The notes below the pieces were generated by a model, which ran no database searches, had not been told where the DNA came from, and saw nothing but the letters and a program-made list of their open reading frames with translations. Source: a virus. From it: 64,000 nt of DNA. The stretch spans positions 1-64,000 of the IMG/VR virus record IMGVR_UViG_3300045988_126190; one strand, written 5' to 3'. Shown piece after piece: positions 26,207 through 33,513 of this stretch. Each line of letters opens with the position of its first letter. Position 1 is the stretch's first letter. Both the position numbers and the translations under genes were made by a program.

Positions 26207-26476
26207 TTAGTTGAGCATCTGCGACATTGCGTCGGATGCGCCGGGGAATTGCTTGAGGTTGAGCGCGTCGCTGAGTTGCTGGATTTCCGAAACGGTCAGA
26301 GAACGCGGCGCGCTTCGGCGGCGATAATAGGTCTGCGTTGACCATTTGAGTCTTTCGCAAAGCTCGGCGGCCTTAATTCCGGCAAAAACGCGGGCAGTCT
26401 CGACGATCTTGAAGAAATTTGTTGCCGCAATATCGCGCCGGCCCTCTACCGTCTGGCACCAATTCGTTTTTGGCAT
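26207..26476 (-). CDS. hypothetical HTH-like protein
   Basis: ATG 26476 overlaps the upstream stop (TAATG). Confidence 0.45.
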   Translation of the reverse strand: MPKTNWCQTVEGRRDIAATNFFKIVETARVFAGIKAAELCERLKWSTQTYYRRRSAPRSLTVSEIQQLSDALNLKQFPGASDAMSQMLN

Positions 26477-26736
26477 TACTCCTTCGCCTCCAAGCCGATA
26501 CGGACGATCCGATCTACCGAGACACCAAGGGAACACGCGATGGCGACGGCACTTACAAGCGACGGGCTTGCTCGGCCGCTCTCAATATTGGAAATCGTCT
26601 GCTGCGCTATGCCAGTGTCAATCAGGATATCTGTCTGACGAATGCCCTTTTGCTTACGGACAATTCTGACACCGCGTCCGAACGCTTTCGCCAGCGCATC
26701 CGCATCAAATTTGGCAGAATGTACTCTTCTGCTCAT
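26476..26736 (-). CDS. XRE-family HTH protein
   Basis: ...GIRQTDILIDTGIAQQTISNIESGRASPSL... is a canonical XRE HTH. Confidence 0.65.
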   Translation of the reverse strand: MSRRVHSAKFDADALAKAFGRGVRIVRKQKGIRQTDILIDTGIAQQTISNIESGRASPSLVSAVAIACSLGVSVDRIVRIGLEAKE

Positions 26737-26876
26737 TTCATCAACACCCCTAATAGCGCACCGAACAGCATTGCGAAACAGATGCCGACGGACGCAATGT
26801 TTAACCAGAGCAGCAGCTGCGTCTTGCGAGACAGCTCGTCAATCTTGTCCGGCTCGGTTTGATTGTGCCGCCTCAT
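26733..26876 (-). CDS. small single-pass membrane protein (47 aa)
   Basis: ATG 26876 overlaps the upstream stop (ATGA). Hydrophobic C-terminus. Confidence 0.4.
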   Translation of the reverse strand: MRRHNQTEPDKIDELSRKTQLLLWLNIASVGICFAMLFGALLGVLMK

Positions 26877-28003
26877 TGCGCTACTCCGTCCTGTTTGCCG
26901 AGAAAGCGGTTGATGAAGTAGCACTGGCCTTTCCCGGTGACGACCGTCGTCTTTGTGATGACGTTGCAGCCATTGGAATTGAGGTGGCAGCTCTCCTTTA
27001 CCTCGAACAAGCCCATTTCCATAGCTCTCTGCGTAGGCATATTCCGGTTGTCACCGCGCTTGACAAGGAAGCCGTTCTGCCGGAGCCATTCAAACAAGCG
27101 GTTCTGACCGATGTTGATTCCGTTCTGCTTCAGCAGCTTTGCCAGAGCGCCGATGAGGATGGTCGTTTTGCTGGCCGATACGGCATTGGAAAAGAGGACG
27201 TGCGGCTTTTGCTCCTCGACGGTGGCCTCCAGCGCCTTGCGCTTGTCCTGCTCGGCTTTCAGCTCGGTCAAAAGCCGGATGCCGAAGTCCGGGGTCAGCA
27301 CCATCTTTTCGAGCGTTTCGGGCGTCATATACGCGCCGTGCTTGCGAATAGAAGGGATAACCTCGTCGGCAATGAACGCCTGAAATTTTTCTGCCGCCTC
27401 GTTTTTCGCCTTCATCGCCAGCCGGTAAAACACATTTTCTGGGATGTAGCCGTCGCGCCCACAAGTGGGCACGCCCATTTCGCTCAAATAACCTTCGACG
27501 CGCGTCCAGCGAACAACCTCGTTGCCACTTGTGGCAACGGTTGTGAACCCAAGTCCTCTGGCGACATTTTCCAGTTTGAGATATGCTGTCCCGTCCTTCT
27601 CGTAACAAGCCACGCCGCCGATGATAGTAATTGGGGTTTCCATGACGCATCGTGCGGTTTGCTGCGCAATATCAGTAGCCCCGTCTTTTTCATGCTTGCG
27701 GATGGAGGGTAAGACCTCGGACGTGACCCACCGCTTGAATTTCTTGGCTGTCGGGAGTTTGGAACTGAGGACGAGAGAATAGAGACCGGATTCATTGATA
27801 AGAGCTATAGCCGTCCCGTTGACGGTGAACGATTCGTTCACCGTCCGATCATCCTCGTCGATGTGATCGCGAATCGCCTTCTGCGGATTAGAATATCCGA
27901 GAATGACAGCAACGTCTTTGCCGACGAACCACGGCTCATTGTTGATTTCTACGGTTCGGATTTCACCGAACTCAGGATTGTTAAATACTTGAATATCGTT
28001 CAT
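26873..28003 (-). CDS. antirepressor, Bro-N + KilAC/ANT domains
   Basis: AAGGAGG SD. MNDIQVFNNPEFGEIRTVEINNEPWFVGKDVAVILGY N-terminus. Second KWVTSEVLPSIRKH motif and a KilAC-like C-terminus. Confidence 0.8.
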   Translation of the reverse strand: MNDIQVFNNPEFGEIRTVEINNEPWFVGKDVAVILGYSNPQKAIRDHIDEDDRTVNESFTVNGTAIALINESGLYSLVLSSKLPTAKKFKRWVTSEVLPSIRKHEKDGATDIAQQTARCVMETPITIIGGVACYEKDGTAYLKLENVARGLGFTTVATSGNEVVRWTRVEGYLSEMGVPTCGRDGYIPENVFYRLAMKAKNEAAEKFQAFIADEVIPSIRKHGAYMTPETLEKMVLTPDFGIRLLTELKAEQDKRKALEATVEEQKPHVLFSNAVSASKTTILIGALAKLLKQNGINIGQNRLFEWLRQNGFLVKRGDNRNMPTQRAMEMGLFEVKESCHLNSNGCNVITKTTVVTGKGQCYFINRFLGKQDGVAQ

Positions 28004-28019
28004 ATGTGCCTCCTTTTAA

Positions 28020-28433
28020 TTATTTCGTTGTGACCTTCGCCAATTCGGCGAGGGCAGTTGCGGCCTGTACCACGACATCGGCAGACGTGGCCAAATATTC
28101 GCTGGATTCGGAATAGTGTCGGATGATTTTCATGAGCGAATCAGCGGCCTCGTCAATCCGGGTCTGCATATCGGGTTTTTGGCTAGGGGTCTTTGGTTCG
28201 GTAGGCGCGCCGCTCACCAAATCCTGAACAGCCACAGAAAAGCGCTCGGCAATTCTTTGAAGCGCATAAATACGGGGCATCCTTCCGCTTTTCCACCCAG
28301 TGACGGCGCCAGAGGAAATCCCGAGTTCGCGGGCTACAGCCGTAGGATTTGAGCCGAAATCTTCACAAAGCCGCTTGTAATTTCTCCAAAATATGGTTTC
28401 CGCTGTTTTATCTCCTAACTGATTGATTTTCAC
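28020..28433 (-). CDS. XRE-family HTH protein
   Basis: GTG start. ...VARELGISSGAVTGWKSGRMP... HTH. Confidence 0.6.
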   Translation of the reverse strand: MKINQLGDKTAETIFWRNYKRLCEDFGSNPTAVARELGISSGAVTGWKSGRMPRIYALQRIAERFSVAVQDLVSGAPTEPKTPSQKPDMQTRIDEAADSLMKIIRHYSESSEYLATSADVVVQAATALAELAKVTTK

Positions 28434-28477
28434 CGCCCTGTACGATAAAATAAATTGTTTAGAAGGGAGGTGAGAGA

Positions 28478-28699
28478 ATGGCGCGTGATTATAGCGGGTT
28501 TTCCCTTGAAGTGCTCTATCGGCTGGCTCTTATCTGCGTAAAAGAGGATGTTGCATTGCTGCCGGAAGAAACGAAGGTTTCGTCCGAAGAACTATCTGCA
28601 AACGCCGTGGCTTCACTGGAAAGACATCTAGCCGAAATCAGGTCAAACCCTGCATTTGAAAGCATCGCAGACGACATTAAAAGAAATACTTGCGGCTGA
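28478..28699 (+). CDS. hypothetical protein, oppositely oriented inside the early operon
   Basis: GGGAGGTGAG SD. 73 aa. Its 3' end overlaps the convergent gene 28677-29558 by 23 nt. Confidence 0.45.
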   Translation: MARDYSGFSLEVLYRLALICVKEDVALLPEETKVSSEELSANAVASLERHLAEIRSNPAFESIADDIKRNTCG

Positions 28700-29558
28700 T
28701 CCAACCCCGTGAATCCTCCGGGACGGTGCTTTGCAGGACGAAGCGCTCACATTTGTCGCAAGCAGTTTTAATGTCATTCAACGAAAGCCCTTGTTCGTGA
28801 GATATTCGCAGTATTTCGCGGGCAAGGGCGTCAATATTTTCGGCGCGTTTCGTGTGGTAACGAGATTTCACATATGTGGCGGGTTCAGCAGAGTGCATTT
28901 CGCGCAGTTGATCGGGAGAGCAGCCGTACAGTTCAGCAAGCTTCTGCGCATCGTCGTCAGGTGCAACCTCAACGCCGAGTTCGATGTCTTCCAAGCGCTT
29001 TTGGCTGATTCCAACGGCTCTCAGAACATCGTCCAGCGTCATTCCTGCTTTTTCGCGGAATTCGCGGTAGCGGGGAAGCTTTTCTGTGCGCTGGCATCGA
29101 GAAGCAGGACGTTCAATCAGCACATCGTGCAAGGTAACTCCAAGATAAGAAGCAATCTCCGCAAGCTTTCGTAGCCTCGGCTGGGTTTTCCCAGTATTCC
29201 AAAGAGAATACGCCGCAGACGTGATATTGCAGTCCTTAAAAAACTGCTGTTTAGATATTCTCTTTTCGGCGAGCAGAGCGTTAATTCGACCAACATTAGC
29301 ATTAAACGAACTCGGGGCACCTCTTTTTTCCGGGTCACTCAAAGCAGTCGTGTCCTCAATAGAGCGTTGCGGGTCAATGAGTTCATCCACTGTAACGGCA
29401 AGATAATCTGCAATCAGCGAAGCGGTTCCAATTAACAACATTTTCGATCGACCACGCTTAAGGTCGGATACAATCTCCTGCCGCAGCCCGAGCTCTTTAC
29501 ACATGGCGGCAATCGTGATACCTCTTTCGAAGCAAAGCCGCGCTATCGTTTCGTACAT
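28677..29558 (-). CDS. protein with three XRE-type HTH domains
   Basis: Three HTH-like segments, at about aa 1-60, 85-150 and 170-225. Confidence 0.6.
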   Translation of the reverse strand: MYETIARLCFERGITIAAMCKELGLRQEIVSDLKRGRSKMLLIGTASLIADYLAVTVDELIDPQRSIEDTTALSDPEKRGAPSSFNANVGRINALLAEKRISKQQFFKDCNITSAAYSLWNTGKTQPRLRKLAEIASYLGVTLHDVLIERPASRCQRTEKLPRYREFREKAGMTLDDVLRAVGISQKRLEDIELGVEVAPDDDAQKLAELYGCSPDQLREMHSAEPATYVKSRYHTKRAENIDALAREILRISHEQGLSLNDIKTACDKCERFVLQSTVPEDSRGWISRKYFF

Positions 29559-29582
29559 TGAATGTCTACCTCCTGATCTCGC

Positions 29583-29792
29583 TTATGTATTCGTATCTTC
29601 TGCGGTTCGCTTTTGCAGAATCGCGTCAAGCGCGGCCTCCATGCGCTTTTGAATTCCTTCTGGCTTGCGCTTTCCGCTGAGAATCATGGAAATATAAGAC
29701 TTTGTAACTCCCATTTCGCAAGCCAGTTCAGTAAATGTGATGCGAGCGTTGTGCATCTTCCCAACGAGACGTCCAGTCCATTTTTCCGGCAC
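29583..29792 (-). CDS. Cro-like XRE HTH protein, first gene of the early operon
   Basis: GTG 29792 behind GGAAGGAGGG. VPEKWTGRLVGKMHNARITFTELACEMGVTKSYISMILSG. Confidence 0.55.
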   Translation of the reverse strand: MPEKWTGRLVGKMHNARITFTELACEMGVTKSYISMILSGKRKPEGIQKRMEAALDAILQKRTAEDTNT

Positions 29793-30001
29793 TGTTTCAC
29801 CCTCCTTCCCGTTATCAAATGAAATAGGCAGCCGACTGTATATGCCAAATATGAAAAAACTATAAATTTTCTCGCCGCGGCCGCTTTTGGGGTTGCAAAA
29901 GTTAACAGTCTGTGTTACCATGTTGTTGCCATCAACGCAATAACGTCGGCTCGGGACTTGCATCACGGGCCTTGCTTGCTGTTTACTCTTTCAACCGCAA
30001 T

Positions 30002-30057
30002 TTGATTATATAGCTATATTAGTTAGAAATCAAGTGTTTTTGTTAATTTTTCTAACT
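30002..30057. promoter_or_regulatory. divergent promoter/operator (genetic switch) region
   Basis: Minus-strand TTGATT(30028-30033)-17-TATAAT(30005-30010). Palindrome ATATAGCTATAT (30008-30019). Half-sites AGTTAGAAA (30021) and TTTCTAACT (30049). Confidence 0.45.
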
Positions 30058-30090
30058 TTTTACGTTTAGCACAAATAGGAGGTGTTCAAT

Positions 30091-30411
30091 TTGGACAATT
30101 TCTACAAAAGATATTGTGAGCTCTGCGCAAAAGCGGGGAAATCTGTGTCCGGAGTGGCCGCAGCCGTGGGTCTGTCCAATGCCGCGGCAAATGGGTGGAA
30201 AAAAGGGAAAATTCCAAACGACACCACTTTAACGAAATTATCGGAGTATTTAGGCGTGACGGTCGAATATCTCAAAACAGGCGAAGAAAAAGCGCCCACC
30301 CAAACGGGTGAGCGCAGCGACGACGAGTTGACTATGCAGATTCTTGAGGCGTTGAAAAATGCGGACAGGGATCAAAGGGAGGCAATCCTAACTCTGTTAA
30401 CAAGGAAATAA
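30091..30411 (+). CDS. XRE-family repressor-like protein (CI candidate)
   Basis: TTG 30091 lies 8 nt after AGGAGG; the track start GTG 30082 overlaps the SD. ...AAAVGLSNAAANGWKKGKIP... HTH. Divergent from the cro-like gene. Confidence 0.6.
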   Translation: MDNFYKRYCELCAKAGKSVSGVAAAVGLSNAAANGWKKGKIPNDTTLTKLSEYLGVTVEYLKTGEEKAPTQTGERSDDELTMQILEALKNADRDQREAILTLLTRK

Positions 30412-30484
30412 GCGCGGCTCGGCGCTCCGGGGATGCAAGGGCTTTACGAATCAGCTCGGTCAGTTCTTCTTCTGTACAGTCCAT
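30332..30484 (-). CDS. possible small protein, third member of the MFEGY/PERR family (50 aa)
   Basis: GGAGAG SD. MDCTEEELTELIRKALASPERRAALISLLTELG aligns with 9711 and 48835. Overlaps the 3' end of 30091-30411 in antisense. Confidence 0.3.
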   Translation of the reverse strand: MDCTEEELTELIRKALASPERRAALISLLTELGLPPFDPCPHFSTPQESA

Positions 30485-30606
30485 CTTTTTCTCTCCTTTC
30501 CGCGACGAAGATCAGCATCGAGGCATAATCTTTTCGCATTTTAATTAAAATTTTATATTTTTGTGCATTCTGCGAATAGAATTCCCGAGAAAAATGAGTA
30601 TACTAC

Positions 30607-30750
30607 AGATAGAGTGTTATGCTCATGTGCCGCGTGTCGTCAGCGACGGATAAGAGTGCGACTTGCTAACATTTCCGCGTTCCTGCCAGCGGGATATAAG
30701 ATGCGGGATTGAAACGCCGGGGTTCTGTTTTTACAGGCTCCGGCTTTTTC
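30607..30750 (+). ncRNA. leader RNA upstream of the ToxN-like gene (candidate type III antitoxin)
   Basis: Extended -10 TGAGTATACT (about 30591-30600). Two imperfect 45-nt units (30630-30674 and 30675-30719, roughly 60% identical). Terminator-like hairpin plus T-run at 30714-30749. Confidence 0.25.
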
Positions 30751-30764
30751 TATGGAGAAATCAA

Positions 30765-31259
30765 ATGAAAAAAACAGAAATTTTACTCAACGGTCTTTAC
30801 ATTATCCGTGACGAATACTTTGCGAGATTCCAGAATGGGCGGCTGACGGACAATAAAGGGGCGGCACGACCTAATTATTACGCCGTCAAGGACGCGGGCG
30901 GCATCTTCTGGATGATTCCTTTGAGCACACAAACGAAGCACTACAAGGAGAAAGCCGCTGCATATGAAGCTAAGTATGGGGCCGGACGATGCCTGTTTTA
31001 TGAGTTTGCGAATATTGGCTCCGTAGAGCGTGTAGTTTTAGTCGGGAATATGTTTCCCGTAACCTCAGAGTATATCGAACGGGCATACACTATCGCGGGA
31101 AGCCGATATATTCTGAAAGACAGGAACGCAATAGCCAGAATCCGAAAAAAGGCCGGTCGATATTTGAGTTTGGTAAATCGCGGTATAATCGATAACCCAG
31201 CCAAGATTCTACAAATACGTGACGAGCTTCTAAAAAGCAGGTCATGCGAGCTCTTGTGA
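30765..31259 (+). CDS. ToxN/AbiQ-like endoribonuclease toxin (type III TA / abortive infection)
   Basis: GGAGAAA SD. 164 aa. LYIIRDEYFARF...ARPNYYAV...IFWMIPLSTQTKHYK matches the FYxVxxxYIxYL...RPYxG...PLSSPK pattern of ToxN/AbiQ as I recall it. Confidence 0.5.
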   Translation: MKKTEILLNGLYIIRDEYFARFQNGRLTDNKGAARPNYYAVKDAGGIFWMIPLSTQTKHYKEKAAAYEAKYGAGRCLFYEFANIGSVERVVLVGNMFPVTSEYIERAYTIAGSRYILKDRNAIARIRKKAGRYLSLVNRGIIDNPAKILQIRDELLKSRSCELL

Positions 31260-31361
31260 AATTCACCAAATCAGAAACGAATTTTTTGTGTAGTTTTTCT
31301 GTTGTGCCCAATTATGATTGATGGTAGAATTATTACATAGACGACATCTGCTGAAAAGCCG

Positions 31362-31394
31362 AGCCGTGCCGCCTGTACCAGAGGCAGCACGGCT
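31362..31394. terminator. 12-bp stem-loop (one mismatch) between the ToxN-like gene and the next gene
   Basis: AGCCGTGCCGCC / GGCAGCACGGCT. An A-run precedes it on the plus strand, so the U-run falls on the minus-strand side. Confidence 0.35.
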
Positions 31395-31556
31395 TAATAG
31401 AAAATTCTGTCGTCAGAGGAAACGTCCGCCGTACATCTATCGTAACAGAAATCAGGAAGGATGTCCACGCACAAATCTGAGAAAACTTCGCAGCTGTTGC
31501 GAATTCTCTGCGCAAAATTTGCGGACTCCTTCCAGAAAAAGAAAAGGGGCTGAAAA

Positions 31557-32135
31557 ATGAACGCGTATCAAGAGCTGGCGCCACGCTTCGACACCTACCG
31601 CGATACCATCAAGGCTGCAAAAGCAAAGAAGGGGTATTCCCTATCAACGCTCGCCGAAGAATCCGGCGTTGCATATTCGGCAGTCAGCCGCCTATGCGAC
31701 GGAACACAGTCTGAACCGAAACTGTTTAACGCCGTCGCACTTTGCAAGGTGCTGGGCATATCCATTGACGACACCTTCGGGCTGAGATCGCCGACGGAGG
31801 AAAACACAGAGCAATTGCGGGAAAGAATCCACTGGCTGGAGCTGAAAAATGCTGAGCTTCGCGGAGAAAACGAGCGGTTAGAAGCAACTAACCAGATTCT
31901 GCAAAATGGCATCGACGCACGAAGGCCGTTGATCTATATTTTGCTGAGCTTGTGCGTCGCGCTGGCGTGTGGCATTGGTGTCTATCTTGTAATTGACGCG
32001 AATATCCGCGACGCAGGGCTGATACAGTTCGGCAATTTTTCACCCGGCGCGTGGGCTTTTGCCGCTGTGATCGTCGGGACACTGGCATCCGTGGTCATTG
32101 CCACACTGAAAATTACCAAAAAGCAAAGAAAATAG
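31557..32135 (+). CDS. membrane-anchored XRE HTH protein
   Basis: N-terminal HTH (YSLSTLAEESGVAYSAVSRLCDG), a coiled coil, then two hydrophobic helices (LIYILLSLCVALACGIGVYLVI and AWAFAAVIVGTLASVVIATL). Confidence 0.55.
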   Translation: MNAYQELAPRFDTYRDTIKAAKAKKGYSLSTLAEESGVAYSAVSRLCDGTQSEPKLFNAVALCKVLGISIDDTFGLRSPTEENTEQLRERIHWLELKNAELRGENERLEATNQILQNGIDARRPLIYILLSLCVALACGIGVYLVIDANIRDAGLIQFGNFSPGAWAFAAVIVGTLASVVIATLKITKKQRK

Positions 32136-32158
32136 CGAACAAAAGCGAGGCATTCCCT

Positions 32159-33184
32159 ATGTATATCCCAGAACCAAAGAAAAATAAAGACGGAACATGG
32201 AGCATTCAGCTCAGAATCAACAAGCAATCCATCATGGTAAACGCTGATTCCGCCAAGGAATGCAAGCGCCGCGCGGCTATCGTCAAGGCAGAGGCGCAGA
32301 ACGCCGCTAAACCAATAAAAAAGAGCGAGCTGACACTCACTCAGGCAATCGACGAATACATCAATACGCGCCAAAATTCGCTGTCTCCGTCCACAATACG
32401 CGGCTACCGCATCATTCAAAGGACACGCTTTCAGTCTACGATGCCGCGCAGAATTTCAACGATCCAGCAAAACGAATGGAGAAAAATCATTGACGAGGAG
32501 CTTGGCGTCGCCTCGAAAAAGACTGTGAAAAATTCTTGGGCGTTCGTAAAATCCGTACTCAAGGAAAACGGCATCACGCCGGACGATAGCGTGAAGGTCG
32601 CGCCGCAGCGAAAGAAAAGCGATGCGGTTTGGCTGGAACCGGACGAAATCAAGAAGTTTGTTGCCGCCGCTGCCGATAATTCTCTGTGCATACCAATGTT
32701 GCTTGCGCTGATGGGAATGCGCTTATCTGAAATAAAAGCCCTTCGGTGGGAAAAGATCGACAGAGATGCGGAGATCATCCGAACCAACGGTGCCGTGGTG
32801 CGAAATGAGGATGAGAAGTACGTATATAAAAGCGAACAGAAAAATATTTCGTCTGACCGCGCGGTCCCGCTGCTGATGCCGGAGCTTCGTGCGGCGATTC
32901 GGCGCGAGTGGAAGTCGGAAGGAGATGTTCTTACCGTTGCAGAAAGTACGCTCAGACGGACGGTCGCCAGAGTGTGCGAGAAGGCGGGCGTGAAACGAGT
33001 AACCATTCATCAGCTTCGCCATAGCTTCGCCTCCCTATCCGCGCATTTGCGAATTCCAAAGGAAATCTCCAGAGAGATCGGCGGATGGAGCAATGATAAA
33101 ATCATGGACGAGATTTACACCCACATAGCGCAATCGGATATCGAGCGATACAAAAATGAGCTTTGGAAGTTCTACAATGAGTAA
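32159..33184 (+). CDS. int: tyrosine integrase
   Basis: Start at ATG 32159, after the previous stop. R...HQLRHSFAS...GGW...IYTH catalytic pattern. Adjacent to a tRNA-fragment att core. Confidence 0.8.
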   Translation: MYIPEPKKNKDGTWSIQLRINKQSIMVNADSAKECKRRAAIVKAEAQNAAKPIKKSELTLTQAIDEYINTRQNSLSPSTIRGYRIIQRTRFQSTMPRRISTIQQNEWRKIIDEELGVASKKTVKNSWAFVKSVLKENGITPDDSVKVAPQRKKSDAVWLEPDEIKKFVAAAADNSLCIPMLLALMGMRLSEIKALRWEKIDRDAEIIRTNGAVVRNEDEKYVYKSEQKNISSDRAVPLLMPELRAAIRREWKSEGDVLTVAESTLRRTVARVCEKAGVKRVTIHQLRHSFASLSAHLRIPKEISREIGGWSNDKIMDEIYTHIAQSDIERYKNELWKFYNE

Positions 33185-33263
33185 AAAATTTTCTGCGCAT
33201 AACGCGGAATTTTTCGTTGAGCAGCCCGTTTTTGTGAGCATAGCAACGATACAGAACACGCTC

Positions 33264-33284
33264 GATAGCATTCTCGATAGCATT
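33264..33284 (+). repeat. arm-type repeat pair, left of the att core
   Basis: GATAGCATT at 33264-33272 and 33276-33284. Confidence 0.45.
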
Positions 33285-33382
33285 ATTGATTTTGAATTTT
33301 GCTATTGACGCGTGAAATATGGAGTATCCGTTCCAAAAATGGAACAATCAGAAAGCCCGCAAACCATTGGAAATAAAGGAAA

Positions 33383-33410
33383 AGCCTCGAAACACTGATG
33401 TTTCAAGGCT
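33383..33410. terminator. bidirectional terminator (int on one side, tRNA-remnant side on the other)
   Basis: AGCCTCGAAACA/TGTTTCAAGGCT stem (one mismatch), followed by TTTCTTTTT. Confidence 0.55.
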
Positions 33411-33418
33411 TTTCTTTT

Positions 33419-33445
33419 TGGCGGAGAGGGCGGGATTCGAACCCG
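33419..33445 (-). other. att core: 3' 27 nt of a tRNA (T-arm, acceptor strand and CCA); not a complete tRNA
   Basis: The minus strand reads CGGGTTCGAATCCCGCCCTCTCCGCCA. The sequence 5' of it has no D-arm or anticodon arm and no complementary acceptor strand. Confidence 0.6.
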
Positions 33446-33492
33446 AAAGATATTAGCTTAAAACGCTGTGTTTTCAATGGTTTCAAAATTAC

Positions 33493-33513
33493 GATAGCAT
33501 TTTTGATAGCATT
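33493..33513 (+). repeat. arm-type repeat pair, right of the att core
   Basis: GATAGCATT at 33493-33501 and 33505-33513. Confidence 0.45.

Noticed and set aside
26642-27712. 356-aa plus-strand ORF
   Set aside because: It is antisense to the well-supported Bro-N/KilAC antirepressor (26873-28003) and neighbouring minus-strand genes. No SD.
30420-30764. Canonical ToxI-like perfect tandem repeat array upstream of the ToxN-like gene
   Set aside because: I searched by eye on both sides of the gene (30420-30764 and 31260-31556). No near-identical tandem repeats exist. Only two ~60%-identical 45-nt units were found, and these are reported as a low-confidence candidate.
33419-33445. Complete tRNA gene
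   Set aside because: Only the T-arm, 3' acceptor strand and CCA are present. The sequence that should encode the 5' acceptor, D-arm and anticodon arm shows no complementarity. It is interpreted as an att core.
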